From: Bacteroidota bacterium
GTDB lineage: Bacteria > Bacteroidota > Ignavibacteria > Kapaibacteriales > UBA2268
Direction of reading: 5' to 3'
Assembly: GCA_040264895.1 (NCBI GenBank)
Contig: JBDQHL010000003.1
Coordinates: forward strand, 72 to 64,071
Length of the DNA stretch: 64,000 nt
Positions within the stretch are counted from its first letter, which is position 1. Each line of letters opens with the position of its first letter. A program made the translations under genes and the position numbers. Under the pieces are notes generated by a model. The model searched no databases. It was given only the letters and a program-made list of their open reading frames with translations, and was not told where the DNA came from. Shown here in pieces: positions 51,244 through 61,300 of this stretch.

Positions 51244-51831
51244 TTACTTGTTAGCAACCAAATGCAAAGTCATTGTAAATTCATCGTAAATCAGTTTATC
51301 ACCAAGTGCTTCTATATCGAAAAAACTTTTAGATCTAAATTTAACATCGTAATCTGATCTATCTAAAGTAATAGTTGCTACTGCAGTCATTGAATCTCCA
51401 CTTGCAGATAGCTCTGCTGGAAATGAAACTTTTTTAGTTATACCTTTTATCATCATGGTGCCGTGTACCATAGTCTGACCAGAAACAGTTTTAACTTCTG
51501 TTATCTCAAATTTTGCTTCTGGGTATTTCTCAACAGAGAAGAAATCATCAGACTTTAAGTGGTTTTCAAGTTTTGCTCTATAACCTTCATCTTCAATATC
51601 AGTATTCATGATAGAAGTCATATCTATTACAAATTCACCTTCAGTTAATTTACCATCAGAATAGTCTACACTGCCAGACTTAACACTTACATATCCGTCA
51701 TGCTCACCAGTTACTTTTTCAGCGTGCCATTTCAGTTTAGTTTTTTCTGTGTCTACTTCGTACTCAGCTGCAGTTACATTAGCCATAGCAAATAAACCAA
51801 GTGCAATTGTAGTTATAATCAATTTGTACAT
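51244..51831 (-). CDS. YceI-family periplasmic protein
   Basis: Signal peptide plus the YceI-like beta-barrel pattern ('KLKWHAEKVTGEHDGYVSVKSG...'). Confidence 0.75.
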   Translation of the reverse strand: MYKLIITTIALGLFAMANVTAAEYEVDTEKTKLKWHAEKVTGEHDGYVSVKSGSVDYSDGKLTEGEFVIDMTSIMNTDIEDEGYRAKLENHLKSDDFFSVEKYPEAKFEITEVKTVSGQTMVHGTMMIKGITKKVSFPAELSASGDSMTAVATITLDRSDYDVKFRSKSFFDIEALGDKLIYDEFTMTLHLVANK

Positions 51832-51861
51832 TTTAAAACTCCATATAATATTAAAATAAAT

Positions 51862-52320
51862 TTATTCTTCTAGATTTCTACTTATTTCCCAAAGTACTTT
51901 ATTACATATTTCTAATTCTTTCTTATTAACCCCTTCTAGTGCTTGTTTTCTTGTTTTAAGACCAAGCTCTATTGAAGTTTTTTCCAAATCCTTACCAGCT
52001 TTAGTTAGGTAAATTTTGTTGCAACGTTTATCATCTTTATTAACTCTTCGCTCAATAAGTCCCTTTTGTTCAAGGTTATTCAAAAGCCTAGTAATTCCAG
52101 GTTTATCCTTGTGAGTTGCTTTGGCTATATCCAACTGAGTCAAGCCTTGTGTAGACCACAACTGCTTTAGTATACCGTATTGCTCAGATGTTATCTTGTT
52201 GCCCGCAATCCTTAAGTTATTGCTCAAAGTTCTATTAACAGCTCTGTATGCTATGCCGGTGAGACAACCGATAGAATTATCAGATATATTGTCATTTTTA
52301 GTTGTCATAACAACTATCAC
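51862..52320 (-). CDS. MarR-family transcriptional regulator
   Basis: 'ITSEQYGILKQLWSTQGLTQLDIAKATHKDKPGITRLLNNLEQKGLIERRVNKDDKR' is the MarR wHTH. Confidence 0.8.
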   Translation of the reverse strand: MIVVMTTKNDNISDNSIGCLTGIAYRAVNRTLSNNLRIAGNKITSEQYGILKQLWSTQGLTQLDIAKATHKDKPGITRLLNNLEQKGLIERRVNKDDKRCNKIYLTKAGKDLEKTSIELGLKTRKQALEGVNKKELEICNKVLWEISRNLEE

Positions 52321-52375
52321 GTTTCTTAATAAATTCTATTGTAATATTATTACATACTAAATCTAATAATATTAA

Positions 52376-53467
52376 TTACAAAAATGGATAGTCGGTATAT
52401 CCCTTGCTACCGCCTTTGTAAAAGGTGCGGACACTCCAATCATTTAGTTCGGCATCAACTTCTATTCGCTTCACTAAATCCGGGTTCGCGATTATCAATT
52501 TACCAAATGCAACCATATCAGCGTTTTCATTCTGAAGTGTTCTTTCTGCTTCTTCTATATCATAACCACTATTAGTTATTAGTGTTCCATTGTAGATTTT
52601 ACGGAAGTGTGGAGTCACCTCTCTATCTTGCAGATATTTTTCTTGGGGGACGTAAGTCTTTCCTGGAGGAGCATAAGGTTCCATAATATGTAAATAGGAA
52701 AGGTCATATTTGTTCAATTCTCCCACCAAATAGCTGAAAGTTTCTACAGGAGTTTCGTCAATCATACCATTAAAAGTACCACTTGGAGACAATCTGATAG
52801 CCGTTCTTTCACTACCTATACTCTCCGATACAGCTTTCACAACTTCAAGTGCAAACCGGCATCTATTTTCAATACTACCACCATATTTATCTGTTCTGTC
52901 GTTAGAACCAGAGCATATAAACTGATCTATAAGGTAGCCGTTAGCTCCATGTATTTCTACCCCATCAAATCCAGCCTTTATTGCGTTATTAGCGGCATTA
53001 ACATAGTCTTGAATAGTAGATTCAATATCTTCTAAAGTTAGCGGACGTGGATCAACTTTTGGTTTCAACCCATCGTATGTGTACACAGTACCACCTGAGT
53101 TTATGTTAGATGCAGAAACAGGCAATTCACCATCATGAAAATCTGGGTGTGATGATCTACCTGTGTGCCATAATTGTAAGTAGAAATGGCCTCCTTTTTC
53201 TTTGACTGCCTTAGTTACTGGCTTCCAAGATTCGACATGTTCATCAGACCAAATGCCAGGTGTGTTCATATACCCTACTGCTATTGGTGATATATTTGTA
53301 GCTTCAGTAACTATTAGACCAGTACTTGCCCTTTGTGAGTAATATTCTGCCATCAGTTCATTCGCTAAGCCACTTCTGTCTGAACGGCAGCGAGTAAGAG
53401 GTGCCATTGCAACTCTGTTTGGTATGTCTGTATTCCCCAATTTTATTGGAGTAAGCAATTTTTTCAT
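52376..53467 (-). CDS. Old Yellow Enzyme-family NADH:flavin oxidoreductase (alkene reductase, NemA-like)
   Basis: 'PNRVAMAPLTRCRS' and 'HGANGYLIDQF' are OYE signatures. Confidence 0.85.
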   Translation of the reverse strand: MKKLLTPIKLGNTDIPNRVAMAPLTRCRSDRSGLANELMAEYYSQRASTGLIVTEATNISPIAVGYMNTPGIWSDEHVESWKPVTKAVKEKGGHFYLQLWHTGRSSHPDFHDGELPVSASNINSGGTVYTYDGLKPKVDPRPLTLEDIESTIQDYVNAANNAIKAGFDGVEIHGANGYLIDQFICSGSNDRTDKYGGSIENRCRFALEVVKAVSESIGSERTAIRLSPSGTFNGMIDETPVETFSYLVGELNKYDLSYLHIMEPYAPPGKTYVPQEKYLQDREVTPHFRKIYNGTLITNSGYDIEEAERTLQNENADMVAFGKLIIANPDLVKRIEVDAELNDWSVRTFYKGGSKGYTDYPFL

Positions 53468-53482
53468 ATAATTTTATTCCGT

Positions 53483-53883
53483 TTATTCAGGTAAACAGTT
53501 TCCTGGCTCTGACATCCAAGGATGAACTTCTGCTTTCAGTCTACCAGCTTTTATGGCTGGGTCTGTTGCACAGAGTTGTTTCACCTCTTCTTGACTTTCG
53601 GCATCAAAGATGAAAATTCCCTAATCTCAGAATTGTTCAATAATGGACCAGCAATTACAATCTTACCTAACTCTGCAAGACGAGAAATATTGTTTAAGTG
53701 TGCTTCTTGTAGCTTCATTGCTTCTTGTTTTGGTTGCTATCTGCTCTCACCTTTCTTTAATAATACAAGATAGTAAGTCTTCAATCCATACTGCGCTGCT
53801 GGATCATCTTCTGATTTAAGTGAGTAGTAACTTACAGAAGTAGTTATCAGTATTACGAGTACAGTTAATATGCTCTTTTTCAT
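53483..53883 (-). pseudogene. YciI-like (Dabb-fold) protein gene disrupted by two frameshifts
   Basis: Minus-strand pieces in three frames: 'MKKSILTVLVILITTSVS...YYLVLLKKGESR*', '...QEAMKLQEAHLNNISRLAELGKIVIAGPLLNNSEIR', 'GIFIFDAESQEEVKQLCATDPAIKAGRLKAEVHPWMSEPGN*'. Together they form a complete YciI-like protein. Confidence 0.55.
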
Positions 53884-54032
53884 AGTTAACCACTATAATA
53901 TATGTTAGTTGATAGATTTTTAAAATTTTTTTTTAATTAATTAACAAAACAACTATTCTATTTGGCCGTTATTATCCTCGATAGTTATTTAATTGTAATA
54001 TACATTTTATATTTAAACAAGAGTAAAATACA

Positions 54033-54632
54033 ATGTCATTTGTTAAGGTAATGCAAGAACGATATACGACAAAAGTTTACAACCCAAATAAAAAAATTGA
54101 TGCGAAAGATATCAATGAGTTACAAGAAGTACTACTTCTTACACCCTCATCAATAAATAGTCAACCGTGGAAGTTTACTTTTGTAAGAGACCAAGAACTA
54201 AAAGAAAAATTATCCCTAGAATCCTTTTCTAATTCTCAAAAAGTAATTGATTGTGATACCGTTGTAGTATTTAGTCGAATTGACAATCTTGATTTATTTG
54301 AGCAACAGATTCAAGAAGAAGTTTCTCAAGGTGCCGCAAATTATTATCGAGAATTTATTAAAACCAAAAATGATGAAGAAATAAAAACTTGGGTATCAAA
54401 ACAAGTTTACTTATCAATGGGTGTTTTCCTCAGTGCTTGTGCAAGCATGGGTATAGACGCTACACCAATGGAAGGAATAAACCCTAATGGTTATGATAGA
54501 ACATTAGAACAAGACAATTATGCAACTTTAGCTATTGTAGCTATTGGATACAGAGATGAAAATGATTTCAACCAGCCTAACAAAATTCCCAAATCTAGAA
54601 TAGATGCGAATAAAATTCTGGTGTCTTTATAA
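54033..54632 (+). CDS. Nitroreductase-family protein (oxygen-insensitive NAD(P)H nitroreductase-like)
   Basis: 'RYTTKVYNP...LTPSSINSQPWKFTFV' is the nitroreductase N-terminal signature. Confidence 0.8.
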   Translation: MSFVKVMQERYTTKVYNPNKKIDAKDINELQEVLLLTPSSINSQPWKFTFVRDQELKEKLSLESFSNSQKVIDCDTVVVFSRIDNLDLFEQQIQEEVSQGAANYYREFIKTKNDEEIKTWVSKQVYLSMGVFLSACASMGIDATPMEGINPNGYDRTLEQDNYATLAIVAIGYRDENDFNQPNKIPKSRIDANKILVSL

Positions 54633-54844
54633 TAGTAAGATAAATATGAGGAAGTGCAGAGCTGAACATAAATTGGGGGTGCTCAGCTCTGACTAATCGA
54701 ATTATAACATTCGTGTTTTTTAAAACTCTCGATTGAGTTATGACTAATAAGAACACTACAATTACGATGCCAAAAAAAATTAAAATAAATTCTTATTTTT
54801 GTAGTCTTAAACCAAATGAAATTAAAAGTAATTAGGAATATAAA

Positions 54845-56506
54845 ATGACTAATATGAGAACGGTAAAAGTCCCAAGAGGTACCGACCTAACTTGTAAAAA
54901 CTGGCAATTGGAAGCAGCTTACAGAATGATTCACCACAATTTGGATCCCGAAAATGCCGAAAAACCAGAAGAGTTAATAGTATATGGTGGCTTAGGAAAA
55001 GCAGCCCGAAATTGGGAAAGTTTTGATGCTATCACTAGCACATTAAAAAATATGGACATTGACGAGACTTTGTTAGTTCAATCTGGTAAGCCAGTTGGGG
55101 TGGCTAAAACTCACACAACTGCACCAAGAGTAGTAATAGCAAACTCAAACTTAGTCCCGAACTGGGCAAATTGGGAACACTTCCGTGAGCTTGACAAACA
55201 GGGCCTTATGATGTACGGACAAATGACTGCTGGTAGCTGGATTTATATCGGAACTCAGGGCATTGTTCAAGGAACTTACGAGACATTTGCTGAGTGTGCT
55301 AGACAACATTTTGGTGGCACTCTAGCAGGTAGATTCCTACTTACTGGCGGTATGGGCGGAATGGGTGGAGCTCAACCACTTGCGGCTAAGTTTGCTGGTG
55401 CTGCTTCGATAACAGTTGAGATTGACGAGAAGAGAATAGACAAACGAATACACGATGGCTATTGTGATGTGAAAGTTGATAGCTTGGACGAAGCTCTAAG
55501 AATAATGGAAGAAGCTAAACAAAATAAAGAAGCCAAATCTATTGGACTAATTGGCAACACAGCAGAGATATTACCTGAACTTCTTAATAGAGAAATTATC
55601 CCAGATATAGTAACTGACCAGACTTCAGCACACGACCCTCTGAATGGGTATTACCCTGCTGGGTACTTAATGGAAGAAGGTGATAAACTTAGAGTTGAAA
55701 ACCCAGACAAATATTTAGAAGAAGTTTACAAATCAATTGCAAAGCACGTTGAAACAATGGTAGAATTCCAGAAGCGTGGTTCGGTAGTGTTTGATTATGG
55801 AAATAATATCCGAGGCATAGCTCAAGATAAGGGTGGCTATAAAGATGCATTCTCATTCAAAGGATTTGTTCCAGAATATATAAGACCACTTTTCTGTGAT
55901 GGTAAAGGACCTTTCCGTTGGGTAGCACTATCTGGCAACCCTGACGATATAGCAGTAACAGATGAAGCAATTAAGAATCTATTCCCTAATGACGAACCAA
56001 TGCACAGATGGATAGACAACGCGGCAGCCAACATTGGCTACCAAGCTCTGCCTTCTCGTATCTGTTGGTTGGGCTATGGCGATAGAAAAAAAGCAGGTCT
56101 ATTATTCAACGAATTAGTTGCATCTGGCAAAGTATCTGCACCAATAGCTATTGGTCGTGACCACTTAGATTGTGGCTCTGTTGCTTCCCCATACAGAGAA
56201 ACAGAAGGAATGAAAGATGGCTCTGATGCAGTTTCCGATTGGGTATTCTTGAACTTTGCTCTTAATTCAATTGGTGGTGCTACTTGGGTATCACTTCACC
56301 ACGGTGGTGGTGTTGGTATGGGGCTATCACAACACGCTGGAATGGTAGTAGTCGCTGACGGAACTGCCGAAGCAAAAGGAAGATTAGAAAGAGTACTAAC
56401 TTATGACCCACTAATGGGAATACTTAGACACACAGATGCTGGATACGACAGAGCGAGACAAAACGCTAAAGATCACAATATATTAATCCCAATGGATAGA
56501 AAATGA
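54845..56506 (+). CDS. hutU: Urocanate hydratase
   Basis: '[11 protein letters not shown]' NAD-binding loop and overall HutU profile. Confidence 0.9.
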   Translation: MTNMRTVKVPRGTDLTCKNWQLEAAYRMIHHNLDPENAEKPEELIVYGGLGKAARNWESFDAITSTLKNMDIDETLLVQSGKPVGVAKTHTTAPRVVIANSNLVPNWANWEHFRELDKQGLMMYGQMTAGSWIYIGTQGIVQGTYETFAECARQHFGGTLAGRFLLTGGMGGMGGAQPLAAKFAGAASITVEIDEKRIDKRIHDGYCDVKVDSLDEALRIMEEAKQNKEAKSIGLIGNTAEILPELLNREIIPDIVTDQTSAHDPLNGYYPAGYLMEEGDKLRVENPDKYLEEVYKSIAKHVETMVEFQKRGSVVFDYGNNIRGIAQDKGGYKDAFSFKGFVPEYIRPLFCDGKGPFRWVALSGNPDDIAVTDEAIKNLFPNDEPMHRWIDNAAANIGYQALPSRICWLGYGDRKKAGLLFNELVASGKVSAPIAIGRDHLDCGSVASPYRETEGMKDGSDAVSDWVFLNFALNSIGGATWVSLHHGGGVGMGLSQHAGMVVVADGTAEAKGRLERVLTYDPLMGILRHTDAGYDRARQNAKDHNILIPMDRK

Positions 56507-56643
56507 AAGCAATAGTAATAGGTGCAACTGGCACAATAGGAAAAGGAATAGTAAATAGAGACGATGCCTCACCGCTTACAGACATATTTGGTGGTGGTGA
56601 TTTGGGTGGATTAGCAGACAAAGTTGGTGGCTTTTTTAACTAA
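56503..56643 (+). pseudogene. Remnant of an SDR/NmrA-type gene: the first 17 codons '[17 protein letters not shown]' are intact, then sense is lost
   Basis: ATG overlaps the hutU stop (ATGA); the Rossmann N-terminus is followed by a Gly-rich nonsense tail and a stop after 46 codons. Confidence 0.25.
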
Positions 56644-56771
56644 AGTGTAACTTGTCAGCTAATAGACAAAAAAAAGTCAGACTTTATACAATTATACTAA
56701 TTTATATCACGTCTTAAAAATTGTACTGAGAAGTACAACCCCTATATTTCATAGGTCCTCCTGTTGAAACG

Positions 56772-56803
56772 CATCCCGAGCTTAGGTTCGGGATGTTTTT
56801 TTT
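56772..56803 (+). terminator. Rho-independent terminator (CATCCCGA...TCGGGATG plus T8), about 270 nt downstream of hutU
   Basis: 'catcccgagcttaggttcgggatgtttttttt'. Confidence 0.6.
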
Positions 56804-56860
56804 ACCCCACCCAAATGTAACCGATATCAATTATTAAGATTAGTTTTTGTAAATTGCGTA

Positions 56861-57031
56861 ATGGGCAAGTATATTCTCAGTTACATCGGCTCTGAACAGG
56901 ATTTAGAAAAAGCAAAATATAATTTTGACAAAGCACTCAATGGAGTAACTTTTGAGCTTTTGGAAGATTATGGAAATTCTGACTTAGAACGTCATTATTA
57001 TAAGGATAAATATTTCCCTCTAAAAAAATGA
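56861..57031 (+). CDS. Hypothetical 56-aa small protein (low confidence)
   Basis: ATG-initiated ORF 'MGKYILSYIGSEQDLEKAKYNFDKALNGVTFELLEDYGNSDLERHYYKDKYFPLKK' in an otherwise empty 300-nt gap. Confidence 0.2.
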   Translation: MGKYILSYIGSEQDLEKAKYNFDKALNGVTFELLEDYGNSDLERHYYKDKYFPLKK

Positions 57032-57121
57032 ATTGGAAGGTGCCCTGAAAAAAAGGAATAGAGTTATTAGCTCAAAAAAAATAAAGGGACAAAAATAACA
57101 ATCAAGATACCTATTTAGACT

Positions 57122-57733
57122 ATGGCAAATATATTTGAATTTGATGGCTATAAACCAGTTATTGATGAATCAGCTTACATACACCCAAATGCAACTGTAA
57201 CAGGCAATGTCGTAATTGGGAAGGACGTTTACATTGGTCCTGGTGCAGCTATTCGTGGTGACTGGGGTGGCATAATTATAAAAGATGGATGCAACGTTCA
57301 AGAAAACTGTACTATTCATATGTTTCCAGGTGTTACTGTAGTTTTAGAAGAATCTGCACATATAGGCCACGGTGCAATTATCCACGGAGCTCATATTGGT
57401 AAAAATAGCTTAATCGGTATGAATGCAGTTATTATGGACAACGCCGAAGTAGGCAATGGGTGTGTAGTTGGTGCACTTTGTTTTGTTCCTGCAGGAATGG
57501 AAATACCAAATAGGAAAGTTGTAGTCGGCAACCCTGCTAAAATTGTAAAAGATGTTTCTGACGAAATGTTACACTGGAAAACAGAAGGCACTAAACTATA
57601 TCAACAGTTGCCTAATGATTTAAGAAGCACTCTTAATCCATGTGAACCATTGAGAGAAATGCCAAAGGATAGTAAGGTTCAAGAAAACAAATACAAGACT
57701 TGGAAAGAAGAAAAGAAAAAGAAGGATAAATAA
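57122..57733 (+). CDS. Gamma-class carbonic anhydrase / hexapeptide-repeat (LbH) family protein with a Lys-rich tail
   Basis: Left-handed beta-helix repeats with His ligands ('CTIHMFPGV...HIGHGAIIHGAHIG'). Confidence 0.75.
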   Translation: MANIFEFDGYKPVIDESAYIHPNATVTGNVVIGKDVYIGPGAAIRGDWGGIIIKDGCNVQENCTIHMFPGVTVVLEESAHIGHGAIIHGAHIGKNSLIGMNAVIMDNAEVGNGCVVGALCFVPAGMEIPNRKVVVGNPAKIVKDVSDEMLHWKTEGTKLYQQLPNDLRSTLNPCEPLREMPKDSKVQENKYKTWKEEKKKKDK

Positions 57734-58332
57734 TGGTAAACTCACCTGTAGCACTAATTATATTTTTATCAACTTTAGTAATCACCCTATATGTGATGTA
57801 TAAAAAACAGTCATTATATAGTAAACTTGTTCTGAGTCCATATGCTGTTAAACACAACAACGAATGGTACAGATTTCTAACAAGTGGCTTTATCCATGCT
57901 GACCTAATGCATATGGGTTTCAATATGCTTACATTCTACTTTTTTGCATTCAGATACGAAGCAATAACAAGTGGGCTACAATTTATAATAGTGTACATAG
58001 GTTCAATGATTTTAGCAGACGTGGTTACTTATATCAGAAACAAGGATAACCCTCGCTATGCAGCACTTGGTGCTTCAGGAGCAATTTCTGGGTTGCTCTT
58101 CAGCTTCATCCTCTATGATCCATCTATGAGTCTGTATATTATGTTTGTACCAATACCTATACCAGCTCCTATATTTGCTGTTTTGTATTTGGTCTATTGT
58201 TGGTATGCTGATAGACAATCAGCTGATAATGTTAACCATAATGCACACTTATGGGGTGCTGTTGCAGGCCTAACAATTACACTTTTATTAGACCCATCTA
58301 CTTTTATGGGCTTTATCCAATATATATTTTAA
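57733..58332 (+). CDS. Rhomboid-family intramembrane serine protease
   Basis: 'GASGAISGLLF' (GxSG) and 'AHLWGAVAGL' (catalytic His) in TM helices. Confidence 0.8.
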   Translation: MVNSPVALIIFLSTLVITLYVMYKKQSLYSKLVLSPYAVKHNNEWYRFLTSGFIHADLMHMGFNMLTFYFFAFRYEAITSGLQFIIVYIGSMILADVVTYIRNKDNPRYAALGASGAISGLLFSFILYDPSMSLYIMFVPIPIPAPIFAVLYLVYCWYADRQSADNVNHNAHLWGAVAGLTITLLLDPSTFMGFIQYIF

Positions 58333-58343
58333 TAAAAATTAGA

Positions 58344-61300
58344 TTAGAAGTCATAACCCAGAGAGAAAAGATATTGCGGTACAGACCAATTATCATAGGT
58401 TTTAGACCAAGCTATATCTATTTTTAATGGAAGACCTAAAACATAAGTTCGTATTCCTAAACCTGATGAAATCATTAAATCATCGTATTCTTTTCTAAAG
58501 CTAAGTGGGTCGACTATATTTGTTGGATTAAAATTATCATCCCAAGCAGCGCCTACATCTAAGAATACAGCCCCCATCACACCTTGTATAAGTATTGGCA
58601 AAGGTCCTGCTATCAGAGCAGTAAGCATAGGGAAACGAAACTCTGCGTTCGTCAAAAAGTATTTACTACCATTATTTGCTGCAATTGAAAAACCACGCAT
58701 TGGGTATTTGAAGTTCATAAAAGCAAAATCTTCAGGTTCATTGAATGGTAATCGGCCATTTCTGAAACTTCTGTTTAGCCAGTTATCAGTACCACCCAAG
58801 TAGAACTGTTGTGCATCATCACCAAAGCTTGCTCCACTAGTAAATTTGAAAGCAAAGCCTATAAAGTCCGATAATGGATGATAAGTTCTTATATCGGTCT
58901 CAAAAGTAAAGAACTCCAACCCATCACTAAATATGTTGGGGCTACCAGTTACTGTGAAATTATATCTTGTACCATCTCTCGGACCATATAACCCGAAAAG
59001 TACATCATCGTGAACATATTTGAATTCTGGGACTATCAGGGTACGAGTAACAGAAGGCTCTCCTGCATTTACTATATCAGTTCTTGACAAGTTGTACCAA
59101 GTCATATTGAGCTCTGCCCTATTGAATAAATCGAAAGGATACTGAGCAGAAATAGCACCACCATAACTTCTGAATCGAAGCACAGCCCCACCCAAACCAG
59201 TCGATGTAAATCCTGCATTATGAAAACCAGAGAACTGGTAATCAATAATACCTGGTAAGTAGCTATAAGCGCCATAGAAATTACTGTTTCGTAAGTCTAT
59301 TAGTAAGTTTGCTTGAAAAAAGAGTTGGTGATTCCCCAACTCATCACTAAATAGCATCTGGGTACTACCTTGAGCACCAAAGAATGTACTGTATCCTGGG
59401 TTTGCAAGAATAATATCTGGTGAAAATTTAAGTTTATAGTCTTTTATTCTAAAGTTCTCATCATACTCTTCATCTTCACCATTATTAACTATTTGTACTT
59501 TTTGATTAGGCTTTACTATCTCTTGATTTTCGAAATCAATATTGAAATCACCATAACTAATAAGTTGGTCATCTTTCTTGTTACTGACAGTATCAATTTT
59601 CTTATTATTAATTTCTCTTATTAAGCTATCCCTTTTGGCTTGTGTTCTTTTGTAGTCTGTTAGTGGTAAGATTTCCTCCTCAAGTTCTATATCAAATGGG
59701 TAATCAATAGAAAATATGTCATATCCACCATCAATCTGAGTTCCAAATAAAACTTTGCTATCATCTCTATCCAAAGAAAGTTGAGTAATACCTTGTAATG
59801 AATTAGTAAGAGGTCTGCTTTTACGAGAATTTAAATCAAGAGAGTAGATATTACCTATACCGTTTTTATCAGAGATATAGAGTATTTTACTTTCATCTGA
59901 AGACACTGCTACAGAAGTTTTTCTATTATCTACGTCATCTGTTAATCTTTCAACTTTAGATGAACTGATATCAATTCTATAAATATCATTCTTACCATAA
60001 TTGTAGTCCCACATTTCCATATCATCAGGACCAATATTTGTAGCTGTCCTGCTTCCTCTATCTGAAATGAAATAGATACTTTCGGAATTTGGGGCCCAAG
60101 CTGGTAGCTCATCAGTAAATAAATCATTAGTCAGATTCTTTAACTCTTCTGATTCCAAATCATAAGTATATATATCACTCTTTTCGTCATCAGTTGCAAT
60201 GAATGCTAATTGCTCTCCATTGGGTGACCAAGTAACAGATGAAATTGATTTCAATCCCCAAGTCAACTTATCATAAGCTCCAGTTTCTACATCAGTTATA
60301 AAGACTGCATCTTGCCCACCAGATTTAGCAGAAATAGCTATTTTATTTCCATCTGGATTCCAAGATATACCGGGTGTAAGCATATTCAAATCTTCAAAAT
60401 CTTGTGTTCTAAAACTCGACACTAATGGCCTAATGCTTTTCATATCATCCAAATCCTCCATAACAGCTACTACGAAAACTCCACCTTGCTCAGAGATGAA
60501 CGCCATTTGATCTCCATCTGGTGAAATAGCTGGAGCTGAGTTATAGAAATTACCTAGTTTTTTTCTTTTCGTTATTCTGTCAGCAATTTCAGGTAGTGCT
60601 TTGAATTTTTCTAAGTCTGGCCAATAAATTCTCTTTATGTCACGTTCCCACATCTCATTGAACTCTTCTAAAGACATATCGAAGCTACTTTTGAAAGCAA
60701 CTTCAAGGTTTTTGTGTATGTTTAAACGGTTGATAAAGTCTGCTACTTTTTCTTTCCCATATTTATCAGCTACATACCAATAGAATGTCTGCCCTACTCT
60801 ATACTGCGCATATCCGCTAATTCTTTGTAACTCTGGTAGGCTCTCACTAATTGCAACATCCCTCATGAATATATCAGTTTGGGTATCCATACCGTCATTA
60901 CTAAGGTATTCGCACAGACCCTCATTGAGCCAACCTGGGATGAAATACCCTTGGTTTCTCAAAGATGATTGCAAAGTACCACCGTGGAACATATCATTAA
61001 GAACACCGTGAACCAGCTCGTGGTGGACAACATGTCTGAATTGCTCATAGTCCCCTTGGTATGGAACTACTATTCTATTCTTGAATAGCTGAGTAACACC
61101 ACCCACATTTTCTGAAAGGAATGAGTTGATAATATTATTTTGCTGAAATTGATTGTGAGAATTGAAAACGATGAAAGATATCCTCATTTTCATATTATAT
61201 TTCAGATTACTCTCTATAGATTGCAATGCCCTTTCTGCTTCAACTGCAGTGAACTTTGCTAAGTATTCGCCACCTTGGTGAAAATAAATATCGAAGTGCT

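Noticed and set aside
53522-53773. 83-aa plus-strand ORF
   Set aside because: Antisense to the frameshifted YciI-like gene whose three minus-strand segments are clearly homologous to one protein family.
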